Source: Bacteroidia bacterium
Lineage (GTDB): Bacteria; Bacteroidota; Bacteroidia; 2-12-FULL-35-15
Direction: 5' to 3'
NCBI GenBank assembly: GCA_038258655.1
Contig: JBBSPS010000002.1
Coordinates: 1 to 49,877 of the forward strand
Length of the DNA: 49,877 nt
The stretch's first letter is position 1. Each line of letters starts with the position of its first letter. Shown piece by piece: positions 26,042 to 35,964 of the stretch. Made by a program: the position numbers and the translations under genes. Under the pieces are notes generated by a model. It searched no databases. It saw only the letters and a list, made by a program, of their open reading frames with translations, and was not told the origin of the DNA.

Positions 26042-26728
26042 CTACAATTTATCAATGTCCGGAATAATTACTTTTTTACGCCCTTCATAGATGATTTTCC
26101 CTTCATCAACTAACCTGTTAACAATAGTGGTTACTGACTGTCTTGAAGAAGCCGTATAATCTGCAATTTCTTGATGAGTAAGCATCATTTCCATTTCTAA
26201 AACACCGTTTATGGCTTTGGCGTGATGACTTGCATAGAGTTTAAAAAATTCAGCGACTCTTGTGTTGACATCTTTAAAAACTAAATCAGAATATTTTTGT
26301 TGAAAAGAAACCAATTTTTCGTTGATTAACTCAGAGTATTTTATTGAAAGATCACCATTGTTTTGTAAAACATTTTTAAATTTTTCTACTTCAAAACTAC
26401 ATATACTTAACTTATCACTTAGCACAACTGCATATTGTTCATTTAAGTTTTTATCTGAATTATTTAAACTTATATAACCAAAAATATCATGCTCTGTTAG
26501 CAGTTCTGTAATTACTTCCCTTCCTTCCTTATCCTGATGACAAATTTTTAATATGCCATGTTTAATGGTATAAAGTCTTTTTGTATCAGTTTCAGAAAAG
26601 TAAATAATATCATTTTTATCACCTTGTTTATAACTCGATATAATACAAAGTTCGTCAACATCATTATCTGACAGATGATCGAAAAGTTTGTGATTTTTTA
26701 AATACCAATATTTAATTTCTTCTCTCAT
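26042..26728 (-). CDS. Crp/Fnr family transcriptional regulator
   Basis: 228 aa. cNMP-binding-like N-terminal domain and C-terminal HTH THQEIADYTASSRQSVTTIVNRL. Overlaps the upstream gene by 4 nt (ATGA). Confidence 0.85.
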   Translation of the reverse strand: MREEIKYWYLKNHKLFDHLSDNDVDELCIISSYKQGDKNDIIYFSETDTKRLYTIKHGILKICHQDKEGREVITELLTEHDIFGYISLNNSDKNLNEQYAVVLSDKLSICSFEVEKFKNVLQNNGDLSIKYSELINEKLVSFQQKYSDLVFKDVNTRVAEFFKLYASHHAKAINGVLEMEMMLTHQEIADYTASSRQSVTTIVNRLVDEGKIIYEGRKKVIIPDIDKL

Positions 26729-27360
26729 AATAAGGTGATAAGTTGTTGAATTGCTATAGCCAAAAACACTAGTGCCAACGTTTTGTAATAGTATTTATTG
26801 TTCAAATAATTTAAAAGTGTTGTTTTGTAATTATTGATGGTAACTATTATTAGGGTTAGCAATAAAAAAGCTCCTAAACCCGCTCCTAATATAAATGAGA
26901 CGATATGAAATCCTGTTTTTAGTTTCAAAAAGCTGATAGTGTTAAAATAGACTTGTACAAGAATCCAAAATGGTAATAACTGTGGATTTAACATAGCGAG
27001 AGATAGCCCTTTTAAAAAATTTTTGATGTTCCCTGATTTGTGAATATTTCCGATTGGCAGTGAAATATTATCGCGTTTCTTAAGCAAATATAAAAACGCT
27101 ATAATCAATAAAATAATAATTAACAGGATTTTAAACACAACGGCAACAAAAGGATTGCTCAAAAAAATGTTAGCTGTATAAACTGCCAAACTACAATAGA
27201 CGAATTCGGGAATAATTCCACCTAAAGCCACTATATAAGCACTTTTTTTATTTTTATTTAATACCGAATCCATAACAAGCAAGTTTACTGGTCCCGGTTG
27301 CAAAGACCCTATGAAGCTTACTAAGGAAGAAAAAAAAAATATTATTAATATGTTTAACAT
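26725..27360 (-). CDS. LysE/RhtB family translocator
   Basis: 211 aa with six hydrophobic helices. N-terminal GSLQPGPVNLLVM motif. Confidence 0.7.
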   Translation of the reverse strand: MLNILIIFFFSSLVSFIGSLQPGPVNLLVMDSVLNKNKKSAYIVALGGIIPEFVYCSLAVYTANIFLSNPFVAVVFKILLIIILLIIAFLYLLKKRDNISLPIGNIHKSGNIKNFLKGLSLAMLNPQLLPFWILVQVYFNTISFLKLKTGFHIVSFILGAGLGAFLLLTLIIVTINNYKTTLLNYLNNKYYYKTLALVFLAIAIQQLITLL

Positions 27361-27606
27361 TTACTAGCAAAGCTAACTACTTTTAGATCATTAAAAAAAT
27401 TGGTAATAATTCCCTAAAGGAATCACTTATGATAAACAAAGGTGAGAATTCCGAACCAATAAAATAAATTTTATAATTGCAGTAATCGTCAGTCTTTCAA
27501 GCGATTCTGCTTTAATAAAAAGGGGACTATTCTCATTTTATGCAATTGTGCATCGTAGATATGTTTATGATTCGGGTCTGTATTTATCATTGAAATATTA
27601 TTTTAG

Positions 27607-28767
27607 CTATTCTGCCTCTTCGCTATTCTTCATTTTAGCAAGTATATCATAAGCGCCATTAATTACAATTGGAGTTTCAGCAGTCACGCCTTCGGGGAAA
27701 GTAATTTCCGTGTAACCTAATTCACTTATTCCTTTTGTAATTTCGGTTAATATAAAATGATGCCCTGCTTTTTTAGTATCAGCAACAAATATATAATCTT
27801 TGCCCTCGAAATTTACAACTGCTTTATCAGGAAGGGCAGCAACACTATGAGTTCCAGCTTCAACATAAGCTTTCAGATACATTCCCGGCAACAAGTCCAT
27901 GTCTTCTCTATCCAAGTGGCAATGAATTCTTACAGTTCTGTCTTCCCCAATTTCCCTTCCAATTAAATAAACTGTTGCAAACCTTTCTTCTGTTTCGTTC
28001 GCTAAAGTAAATCGCACTTTCATTCCTAATTTTAATTTGCGAACATCTTTTTCAAACACTGTTAATTCAGCGTGCAAATGTTCTGTATCAACTATTTTAA
28101 ACATTACATCTGTTGGGTTTACAAATTTGCCAATGTTTACATTTACCTGTGTAACATAACCGCTTATTGGTGCATAGAGTGTTATGGTATTTTGAAAATT
28201 ACCACTTGTGATTTGTTCCGTATTAATTCCTAACAGATTAAGTTTGGATTTTAGCCCTCCAACTTTAGCTAACATACTTTCATATTGTGTTTTCGATTGC
28301 AATAATATTTTTTGAGAATTTACATTTTCTTTTGAGAGTTCTTGTTGACGCTTGTATTCAGCCTCCAAGTACTCTAATTGGCTTCTAAAGTCAACGTAAT
28401 CTTGTTGCAATTGTATATACTCCGAATTTTGCATCACAGCAATTACTTCGCCCTTGGTAACTTTTACACCCTGCAATAACTCTGTGCTTTTTACAAAACC
28501 ACCCATTGGTGCAGATACGCTTACTAAATTTTGTGGGGGAACATCTAACATTCCATTTACTTTAATTACCCCACTCAAGGCTCTCATTTCCGCTTTACCG
28601 ATTGTAACAGCTGCGGTTTTAAATTGACCATCACTTAGTTCAACTGCATTTGATTCTTCTATCTTACCTTCAATGTTACCTTCCTCTTTTTTTCCACCAC
28701 AAGAGGCAATTATAACTGCAATAACTAATAAAGCAATTACGTTTTTTATTTTTATTTGATTTTTCAT
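27607..28767 (-). CDS. efflux RND periplasmic adaptor (CzcB/CusB type)
   Basis: 386 aa with lipobox IIASCGG. Has the coiled-coil hairpin and beta-barrel regions typical of HlyD-like adaptors. Confidence 0.85.
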   Translation of the reverse strand: MKNQIKIKNVIALLVIAVIIASCGGKKEEGNIEGKIEESNAVELSDGQFKTAAVTIGKAEMRALSGVIKVNGMLDVPPQNLVSVSAPMGGFVKSTELLQGVKVTKGEVIAVMQNSEYIQLQQDYVDFRSQLEYLEAEYKRQQELSKENVNSQKILLQSKTQYESMLAKVGGLKSKLNLLGINTEQITSGNFQNTITLYAPISGYVTQVNVNIGKFVNPTDVMFKIVDTEHLHAELTVFEKDVRKLKLGMKVRFTLANETEERFATVYLIGREIGEDRTVRIHCHLDREDMDLLPGMYLKAYVEAGTHSVAALPDKAVVNFEGKDYIFVADTKKAGHHFILTEITKGISELGYTEITFPEGVTAETPIVINGAYDILAKMKNSEEAE

Positions 28768-28791
28768 AATCAGATTGTTTTATATTTTAAA

Positions 28792-31700
28792 TTAATTTTT
28801 ACCTAACAAAAATTCAAGTGTTATTACGCTTTGGTTATATTGATTAAGGCTCTGCAAGTAACCTGACTTAATTGCTAAAGCACTTTTTAGTCCTTGCAAA
28901 TATTCTACATAACCAATCTCACCACTTTTAAAGCCTTTATCAGCTTGTTTAATGATTAAATCTGCATTTGGTAAAGCATTTTTTTCATAATAGTCTAAGG
29001 TGTTTTTGTCCTTCAGGTATTCTTGAATAGCTTGATTGTATTGCCCTTGAATGTTTACCTGTTGCTGCTCATAATTGCTTTGAATAACCTGTTGATTTAT
29101 TCCCGCTGCTTTTACTTTGGCAGTTTGCGGTACAATCCACAAAGGAATTGATATACCAACTTGTAATCCGGTAAACCTTTTTGAGCCATCGAAGTATTGA
29201 TCCGTTCCACCTATATTTTGAAATCCAATCAGGGATTGATTAAAATAACCAATAGTAAAATCGGGTAGTACTTTTGCTGTTTCAACTTTCTTCTGCCTAT
29301 TTACAATTTCTATTTGCTGTTTTAAATAAGCTAAAGATGTATTTTGACTCAGGGATGCACTGTCCATCTGTACACTTAAATTCATCTTACTTAAACCGAT
29401 CTCAGCAACTTGCACAGGAATTTTTGAATTCATTAAGGCTTGTAGTTGGGTTTGATAAATCTGAATGTTCGATTGATTCTGTGCTAACAAATTTCTTACT
29501 TCCATTAATTGAGTTTCAGCAGTTGTTTTTTCCAACAAATTACTTTCTCCTGTTTTTAAACGAAGTTCAGAAGCTTTAGCAAAAGTGCTGTAAATACTAT
29601 CTTGGCTCATCAATAGCTTTCTTTCTGCTTGGAGGAACTCTAAATAATGAAACACCGATTTTACCTGACTTATAAGTTCATTTTTTGTTACTTGTAATTT
29701 CAACTCACTTCCTTTTATCATTGCATTGCCAAGTTGTACCTGACTTGAAAATACAGTTGGAAAAGGAATGCTCTGCGAAACAGAAATATTATTATCCGTT
29801 TTTATAGAGTTGTATTGTCCATACATCAGCGACACATTTGTTTTTCCAATATCAGTTGCCGTGCGTTTAAGCGTTTTGCTGTAGTCGATTTCAAACTGAC
29901 CCGCTTTCAAGCTTGCATTATTCTTTATTGCACCATCAATTGCTTGTTGCAAAGTGATTCCACTTCCGCTTTGTGCATTGCTGTAGGATGGAATGCAAAG
30001 CATTAATAATAATGCAAGAGAGATTAAAGGTGTTTTTATTTTTTTTGGTTTAATTCTTTCAAAGTAAATGTATAATACTGGCAAGACTAATAGTGTGAGT
30101 AGTGTTGCGGTAAGCAATCCTCCTATAACAACTGTTGCTAAAGGTTTTTGAACCTCTGCTCCTGATCCATGAGAAAGAGCCATTGGTAAAAAACCAAGTG
30201 ATGCAACAAGTGCGGTCATAATTACTGGACGCAAACGAACCGATGTGCCCTTCAGCACGATTTCTTTTAAATCTGTCATACCTTCTTTTTTTAAACGATT
30301 AAATTCTCCTATCAACACAATCCCATTTAGCACAGCTACTCCAAACAAGGCGATGAAACCAACCCCTGCCGAAATGCTGAATGGCATCCCTCTTACCCAT
30401 AAAGCAAACACTCCACCAATAGCTGAGAGTGGAATTGCAGTAAAAATTAGAATACTTTGTTTGAATGAGCCGAATGTAAAAAAGAGTAAAACAAAAATTA
30501 AAAGCAACGCAACAGGAACTGCAATTGCTAATCGTTGTCGGGCTTCAATTAAATTTTTAAATGTTCCTCCGTAGGTTGGATAATAACCAGCGCCAAATTT
30601 AATTTGCTTGTCAACCTTCGCTTGCATTTCTTTTACTACACTTTCTACATCACGTCCACGAACATTAAACCCAACAGTGATCCTACGCTTCGCATCATCA
30701 CGCTGTATTTGATTTGGGCTAACTTTAAATTCGATATCTGCTAACTGAGCAACCGGAACTTGATTTCCGTTTGGCGCAGTAATAAAAAGGTTTTTAATGT
30801 CATCAATACTTTGGCGATTATCTTTTTCTAATCTCACCACCATATCAAATCGCTTTTCTCCTTCGTAGACCATTCCTGCGCTTTCGCCCGCAAATCCTGC
30901 TTTTATTACACGATTTACATCTTCAATATTTAATCCGAACTGAGCAATTTTATCTCTGTCAAATTTTATAACAATTTGCGGTTGACCTGTTGCCTGTTCT
31001 ACATAAATATCTTGCGCTCCTTCTACTGTCCCTGCAAGCTTACCTATTTTATTAGCGTATCCGGTTAAAGCCTCTAAATTTTCGCCATAAACTTTTATTA
31101 CAACATCTTGTTTTGCGCCAGTCATCAATTCATTAAAACGCATTTGTATTGGTTGCTGAAAACTAAACGTAACACCTGGAATTACTTCCAATGCTTCGGT
31201 CATTTTCTCAGCTAATTCATCTCTGCTTTCAGCACTTGTCCATTCCGATTTATCTTTTAGAACAATTATTAAATCGCAAGCCTCCACGGGCATTGGATCT
31301 GTTGGAATTTCACTCGAACCAATTTTTCCAATTACTTCTTTTACTTCAGGGAATTTTTCTTTTAGAATTTTAGCTGCTCTTAAAGCAGCTTCAATGGTCT
31401 GAGATATAGAACTACCAGTAAGCACCCTTGTTTCAACTGCAAAGTCTCCTTCATCTAATGTTGGAATAAACTCTCCACCCATATTCATAAATACACCTAA
31501 ACTGATTAAGAAAAATACAAAAGCAGTTATTAGAACAACCATCTTTCTTTTTAAAGAAAATTCGATTAATGGATTATATAGTCGTTGGAAAAAATCCAAA
31601 ATGCGATCGGATATATTTCTTTTATGTTGTGTTTTTTTATGTAGGAATAATGCAGACATCATCGGCACATACGTTATTGATAAAAGAAATGCTCCTAAAA

Positions 31701-33168
31701 TTGCAAATGTCACAGTTTGTGCCATTGGGCTAAACATTTTTCCTTCAACACCTACTAAGGCAAGAATAGGTAAATACACAATCAAAATAATAATTTCGCC
31801 AAATGCAGCAGAACTACGAATTTTGGATGCCGACTCATAAACTTCAGTATCCATTTCGTTTTGTGATAATAACCTACCTCCAAATTTGTCGAGCATTCGC
31901 CTGCCTGTTAAATGATGAAGTGTAGCTTCAACAATGATTACAGCGCCATCTACAATTAACCCAAAATCAATTGCTCCTAAACTCATTAAGTTACCCGACA
32001 CACCAAACAAATTCATTAATGCAATAGCAAATAGCATTGCTAATGGAATTACAGAAGCAACAACTAATCCTGCTCTTAAATTTCCAAGCAAAAGCACCAA
32101 TACAAAAATTACTATCAATGCTCCCTCTGCTAAGTTTTTTGAAACGGTGCTAATTGCATTGTTCACTAATTTGGTACGATCTAAAAATGGTTCTATTACA
32201 ACACCTTCGGGAAGTGATTTCTCAATTTGTTTCATTCGCTCTTTTACATTGCCAATTACCTTTGATGAATTAGCGCCCTTGAGCATCATTACAACAGCAC
32301 CCACAACTTCACCTTCGCTATTTCTTGTCATTGCTCCATAACGAATGGCACTTCCAAAATTTACACTTGCTACATTGCGTATCAAAACAGGAATTCCGTT
32401 GGGATTAACTTTTACAACAATTTTTTCAATATCCTCAATACTGCCAATCAATCCCTCGCTTCTAATAAAATATACATTCGGCTTTTTATCAATGTAAGCA
32501 CCACCTGTGTTCTGATTGTTTTTTTGCAATGCAGTAAACACTTCGTTGATACTGATATTCATACTTCTTAGCTTATCGGGATTAAGTGCAATTTCATACT
32601 GCTTTAAATAACCACCAAAGCTGCTCACATCTGCTACACCTTCAGTACCCAACAATTGTCTGCGAACGATCCAATCCTGAATTGTTCGCAAATCCATTGC
32701 AGTATATTTTTTCTCGTATCCTTTTTTAGTATGAATGACGTATTGATAAATTTCTCCAAGACCTGTTGTTACAGGTGCTAATTCAGGGGTTCCAACACCA
32801 TTTGGTATAATCGTTTTAGCTTCGTTTAACCGTTCGTTTACCTGTTGCCTTGCCCAATACACATCTATCTTATCTTTAAATACAATAGTTACTACGGAAA
32901 GTCCGAAGCGTGAAAAAGATCTTACTTCTTCAATACCTGGAATGGTTGCCATTGTTTGTTCAATCGGGAAAGTAACAAGTCGTTCAATTTCCTCTGCTGC
33001 TAATGAAGGCGAAACTGTAATAATTTGCACCTGATTGTTTGTGATGTCGGGTACTGCATCAATTGGTAATTGAGTTACGGAGTAGCTACCCCATACTATC
33101 AGCGCTATTGTAAATAGCCCGACAACGATTTTGTTCTTTATAGAAAAGTGGATTACTTTATCTAACAT
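28792..33168 (-). CDS. CusA/CzcA heavy-metal RND permease fused in frame to a TolC-like outer-membrane factor
   Basis: I start it at the ATG at 33168 (MLDKVIHFSIKNK). About 1040 aa of RND permease end at ..LPVLYIYFERIKPKK. A signal-like segment IKTPLISLALLLMLCIPSYSNAQ follows, then about 415 aa of TolC-type repeats. Confidence 0.85.
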   Translation of the reverse strand: MLDKVIHFSIKNKIVVGLFTIALIVWGSYSVTQLPIDAVPDITNNQVQIITVSPSLAAEEIERLVTFPIEQTMATIPGIEEVRSFSRFGLSVVTIVFKDKIDVYWARQQVNERLNEAKTIIPNGVGTPELAPVTTGLGEIYQYVIHTKKGYEKKYTAMDLRTIQDWIVRRQLLGTEGVADVSSFGGYLKQYEIALNPDKLRSMNISINEVFTALQKNNQNTGGAYIDKKPNVYFIRSEGLIGSIEDIEKIVVKVNPNGIPVLIRNVASVNFGSAIRYGAMTRNSEGEVVGAVVMMLKGANSSKVIGNVKERMKQIEKSLPEGVVIEPFLDRTKLVNNAISTVSKNLAEGALIVIFVLVLLLGNLRAGLVVASVIPLAMLFAIALMNLFGVSGNLMSLGAIDFGLIVDGAVIIVEATLHHLTGRRMLDKFGGRLLSQNEMDTEVYESASKIRSSAAFGEIIILIVYLPILALVGVEGKMFSPMAQTVTFAILGAFLLSITYVPMMSALFLHKKTQHKRNISDRILDFFQRLYNPLIEFSLKRKMVVLITAFVFFLISLGVFMNMGGEFIPTLDEGDFAVETRVLTGSSISQTIEAALRAAKILKEKFPEVKEVIGKIGSSEIPTDPMPVEACDLIIVLKDKSEWTSAESRDELAEKMTEALEVIPGVTFSFQQPIQMRFNELMTGAKQDVVIKVYGENLEALTGYANKIGKLAGTVEGAQDIYVEQATGQPQIVIKFDRDKIAQFGLNIEDVNRVIKAGFAGESAGMVYEGEKRFDMVVRLEKDNRQSIDDIKNLFITAPNGNQVPVAQLADIEFKVSPNQIQRDDAKRRITVGFNVRGRDVESVVKEMQAKVDKQIKFGAGYYPTYGGTFKNLIEARQRLAIAVPVALLLIFVLLFFTFGSFKQSILIFTAIPLSAIGGVFALWVRGMPFSISAGVGFIALFGVAVLNGIVLIGEFNRLKKEGMTDLKEIVLKGTSVRLRPVIMTALVASLGFLPMALSHGSGAEVQKPLATVVIGGLLTATLLTLLVLPVLYIYFERIKPKKIKTPLISLALLLMLCIPSYSNAQSGSGITLQQAIDGAIKNNASLKAGQFEIDYSKTLKRTATDIGKTNVSLMYGQYNSIKTDNNISVSQSIPFPTVFSSQVQLGNAMIKGSELKLQVTKNELISQVKSVFHYLEFLQAERKLLMSQDSIYSTFAKASELRLKTGESNLLEKTTAETQLMEVRNLLAQNQSNIQIYQTQLQALMNSKIPVQVAEIGLSKMNLSVQMDSASLSQNTSLAYLKQQIEIVNRQKKVETAKVLPDFTIGYFNQSLIGFQNIGGTDQYFDGSKRFTGLQVGISIPLWIVPQTAKVKAAGINQQVIQSNYEQQQVNIQGQYNQAIQEYLKDKNTLDYYEKNALPNADLIIKQADKGFKSGEIGYVEYLQGLKSALAIKSGYLQSLNQYNQSVITLEFLLGKN

Positions 33169-33289
33169 AATAATATTGCTTAATGCCATAAACACGACTA
33201 ACAAAGCCCATTTACAGCGGTAAATAAATGATTTGAAAACTCTAAGACAGAAGTTGCCTATGAGCTAAATAAGAAATACCGGGATTGGA

Positions 33290-33601
33290 TTAAGCCAACT
33301 TAGGCGGTTGCCAAATTGGAATTATTGCAGCAGAAGTTTTTGATTCTTTGTGTACTGTGTAAACAGTATTTATTTCTGCAACTTCATTTAATGAAGGTTG
33401 AATGTCTTTAATTAAAAAATGAGCGGCACAGCAAGCACAAGAGCAAAACGGTGTACACATTTCATCTGAATGTTGTTCGTGATTTGAAGTTTGTGTTACG
33501 ACCGTTGAATTTACTTCGTTGCAATTCTCTTTATCGCCACATGGCATTAAAACCAAGGAGATAAAATAGATAGAGAATAATATGTGAAACGCTTTTTTCA
33601 A
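33290..33601 (-). CDS. small Cys-rich secreted protein (DUF6660-like), first gene of the czc operon
   Basis: 103 aa with a TTG start. MKKAFHILFSIYFISLVLMPCGD and CTPFCSCACCAAH. Confidence 0.6.
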   Translation of the reverse strand: MKKAFHILFSIYFISLVLMPCGDKENCNEVNSTVVTQTSNHEQHSDEMCTPFCSCACCAAHFLIKDIQPSLNEVAEINTVYTVHKESKTSAAIIPIWQPPKLA

Positions 33602-33691
33602 TGATACAAATATAATGTTTTTAAAATGAAGTTAAAAGCATTGATTATGCTGAAGATTTAAAAATCATTTAAGGAATTCTAAATACAAAAA

Positions 33692-33715
33692 GCCTCCACA
33701 CAAAAGTGTGGAGGC
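33692..33715 (-). terminator. intrinsic terminator after the Met-rich gene
   Basis: GCCTCCACAC-aaaa-GTGTGGAGGC perfect 10-bp stem, followed on the minus strand by TTTTTGTATTT. Confidence 0.75.
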
Positions 33716-33775
33716 TTTAGAATAACTCACCTATTATGCAGCCACTTTATTCATATTTCTGTTGCCCAACTATTA

Positions 33776-34201
33776 TTACTTCTTTTTAATTAAGTCCATT
33801 CCGCATTTTGGGCATTTTCCGGGTTTATCAGAACTAACTTCGGGATGCATGCTGCAAGTATAGGTTACGGCTTTCTTCGTATCAGTTTTAGAGGTTTTAT
33901 TCATCATGTCGCACTTATCCATCGTTCCATTCATATCCATACATTCCCCATCTTTCATCATCATTTTTTCGCCATTTTTCATCACACATTCGCCATTTAC
34001 CATACATACTGTTCCGTTTTTCATTGTCATGTCTTTTTCCATTGGCATGGTTTTTCCGTCTTTGCAATGCATCATTTTACCTTCTTTCATCATACAACAA
34101 TCTTTCATTTTTGTTTGCCCAAAAGAGTTGCTTGCTGTAAAGCATAATACCATCATAAGCAACGATGCAAACATGGTTGAAATCATTTTTTTTGTTTTCA
34201 T
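33776..34201 (-). CDS. secreted Met-rich protein with C-terminal heavy-metal-binding domain
   Basis: 141 aa with a signal peptide. Met/Cys-rich core (MKDCCMMKEGKMMHCKDGKTMPMEKDMTMKNG..). C-terminus YTCSMHPEV..PGKCPKCGMDL is an HMBD-type zinc-ribbon-like motif. Confidence 0.75.
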   Translation of the reverse strand: MKTKKMISTMFASLLMMVLCFTASNSFGQTKMKDCCMMKEGKMMHCKDGKTMPMEKDMTMKNGTVCMVNGECVMKNGEKMMMKDGECMDMNGTMDKCDMMNKTSKTDTKKAVTYTCSMHPEVSSDKPGKCPKCGMDLIKKK

Positions 34202-34224
34202 AATTTTTGTTTTGAATTTAGAAT

Positions 34225-34270
34225 TTCTTCAGTTCCGCTGTTGTCCGGTTCTTCAGTATTGCTGTTGCCC
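34225..34270 (-). promoter_or_regulatory. tandem 22-nt direct repeat upstream of the Met-rich gene
   Basis: ttcttcagttccgctgttgtcc (34225-34246) and ttcttcagtattgctgttgccc (34249-34270). 18/22 identical, 24-nt period, 24-70 nt upstream of the ATG at 34201. Confidence 0.35.
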
Positions 34271-34328
34271 AATAAAACGTTTTCCAAATTTCTATTTATT
34301 CACACATGATTTTCAATTCGATTTACAT

Positions 34329-35759
34329 CTATTTGATATGAAAAAAACCTACAATCAAAAATAAAATTGCAGCAATTCCTGCTGCAATAAAATTATAAGG
34401 GCTTGCATATTTTAAATATTTTGCATGGTCTGCATGAGCAATGTTTGATGACATATTTGTCATCCCTGCAACTGGTGACGTAACATCACCGAATGTCCCT
34501 CCCGTAATTATTGCAGCAACACAGAGTGGAATGCTCGCAGTTGACACCACAGCAAGGGAAATTGCGATTGCCATAAGTAAAGATGCTGCTCCCCAACCCG
34601 AACCAATAAAGTAAGTTACAGCAGAAGACAGTATAAAAAGTGAAACAGCTACGCTCCATGCGGGCATGGAACTCCCTAAGTTTTGATGAATAAATTCATT
34701 CAAACCTAATGCTTGAGAAACAGTTGCTAAAGGCCAGGCAATAGCGAGAATTACCAAGGTGGTTATTATTTCATTTCCACCTGATATAACATCCGAAGTC
34801 ATTTCTTTAAGATTGTAATTTTGGAAAAAATAGCAAATAGCAGATATGATTATAGAGATAAACAAAGCGACAAGCATGGCTCTATTCGGGTCAGTGTTTG
34901 ACATGGCTTCAATAAAAGTATTGTTGCCGGGTTTATCTTTTCCGAAAAACCAAAAGAAAAATATACTTAAGGAGATCACACTAAACAGCGGAACAATAAG
35001 ATTGATAATCCTTGGTTTTATTGATGGTTCTGTTTCTTCCATATCCATATTCATTCCTTTCATCTCCTTTTCAGCAGAATGTTTTGCCGGAGCATTTGCC
35101 GGTTTTTTGAATTGAAAAAAGATAGTAAGAAAAGTAATAATGATTATTACGATGCTGAAAAACTCTAAAGGAATTGCTTTAAGCCATATTGCATAAGCTG
35201 AAGTGCTCTCAGGGTTTCCGGCTGCTTTTAAACCGATACTGATATTCGCAATATTAAATCCAACATAAGTTGTGGCGATAGGAATCAGTTCTACTACAGG
35301 ACTGGCCGTGTTATTAAGCATAAAAGCAAACCTCTCTTTTGCTATTTTATTTTTTTCTGCAAGCGAACTCGTAATGGAACCTGCACCAACAATCCTGAAA
35401 CCGCAATCAATAAAAGTAACGGGTATCAAAGCCCACAATAGGAAGAATACGCCCTTTTCACTTTTTACATGCCTATCAGCAATATCTGAAAATGACTTTA
35501 TACCGCCCGATTTTTTTATGATGGACATTAAACCACTAAACAAATACAGAAATAAAAGCACCTGAAGACTTCCGCTATCTGTTAATATTTTTACTATTTG
35601 GTCAACTGCTGTTTCAAACCCTCCTGTAAGAGTTGGGTTAAGCAAATAGCTTCCTACCAATAATCCTATTAAAAGAGAGGGAATGATTTTCTTAGACCAA
35701 ATTGCAAACGCAATGGTGATAATAGGAGGTAAAATCGAAAACCAAATTATCTTATCCAT
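34329..35759 (-). CDS. NhaC family Na+/H+ antiporter-like transporter
   Basis: 476 aa and polytopic. N-terminus MDKIIWFSILPPIITIAFAIWSKKIIPSLLIGLLVG is typical of the NhaC family. Confidence 0.7.
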   Translation of the reverse strand: MDKIIWFSILPPIITIAFAIWSKKIIPSLLIGLLVGSYLLNPTLTGGFETAVDQIVKILTDSGSLQVLLFLYLFSGLMSIIKKSGGIKSFSDIADRHVKSEKGVFFLLWALIPVTFIDCGFRIVGAGSITSSLAEKNKIAKERFAFMLNNTASPVVELIPIATTYVGFNIANISIGLKAAGNPESTSAYAIWLKAIPLEFFSIVIIIITFLTIFFQFKKPANAPAKHSAEKEMKGMNMDMEETEPSIKPRIINLIVPLFSVISLSIFFFWFFGKDKPGNNTFIEAMSNTDPNRAMLVALFISIIISAICYFFQNYNLKEMTSDVISGGNEIITTLVILAIAWPLATVSQALGLNEFIHQNLGSSMPAWSVAVSLFILSSAVTYFIGSGWGAASLLMAIAISLAVVSTASIPLCVAAIITGGTFGDVTSPVAGMTNMSSNIAHADHAKYLKYASPYNFIAAGIAAILFLIVGFFHIK

Positions 35760-35964
35760 TTTGTATTACTATTTTTTTTCTTAATCTTCATTCCTTGATT
35801 GTTAGTTTGTAGTCTATTGGTCGCGCAAGAGTTACGATAACAATATCCATGCAAATAACCCGCCTAAAGGATGAAGCGAAGGTGCACACTAATACAGGGT
35901 AGTATATTACACTATTCGGAAAATTAATTACAAAATTCTCACTTTTAGAAAGTTGCTATTCTAT

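Noticed and set aside
33845-34364. His/Phe-rich ORFs on the + strand (33845-34147, 33906-34364; also 42688-42906 and 42695-42901)
   Set aside because: They are antisense shadows of the Met-rich genes: ATG codons read as CAT on the other strand. They have no independent start context.
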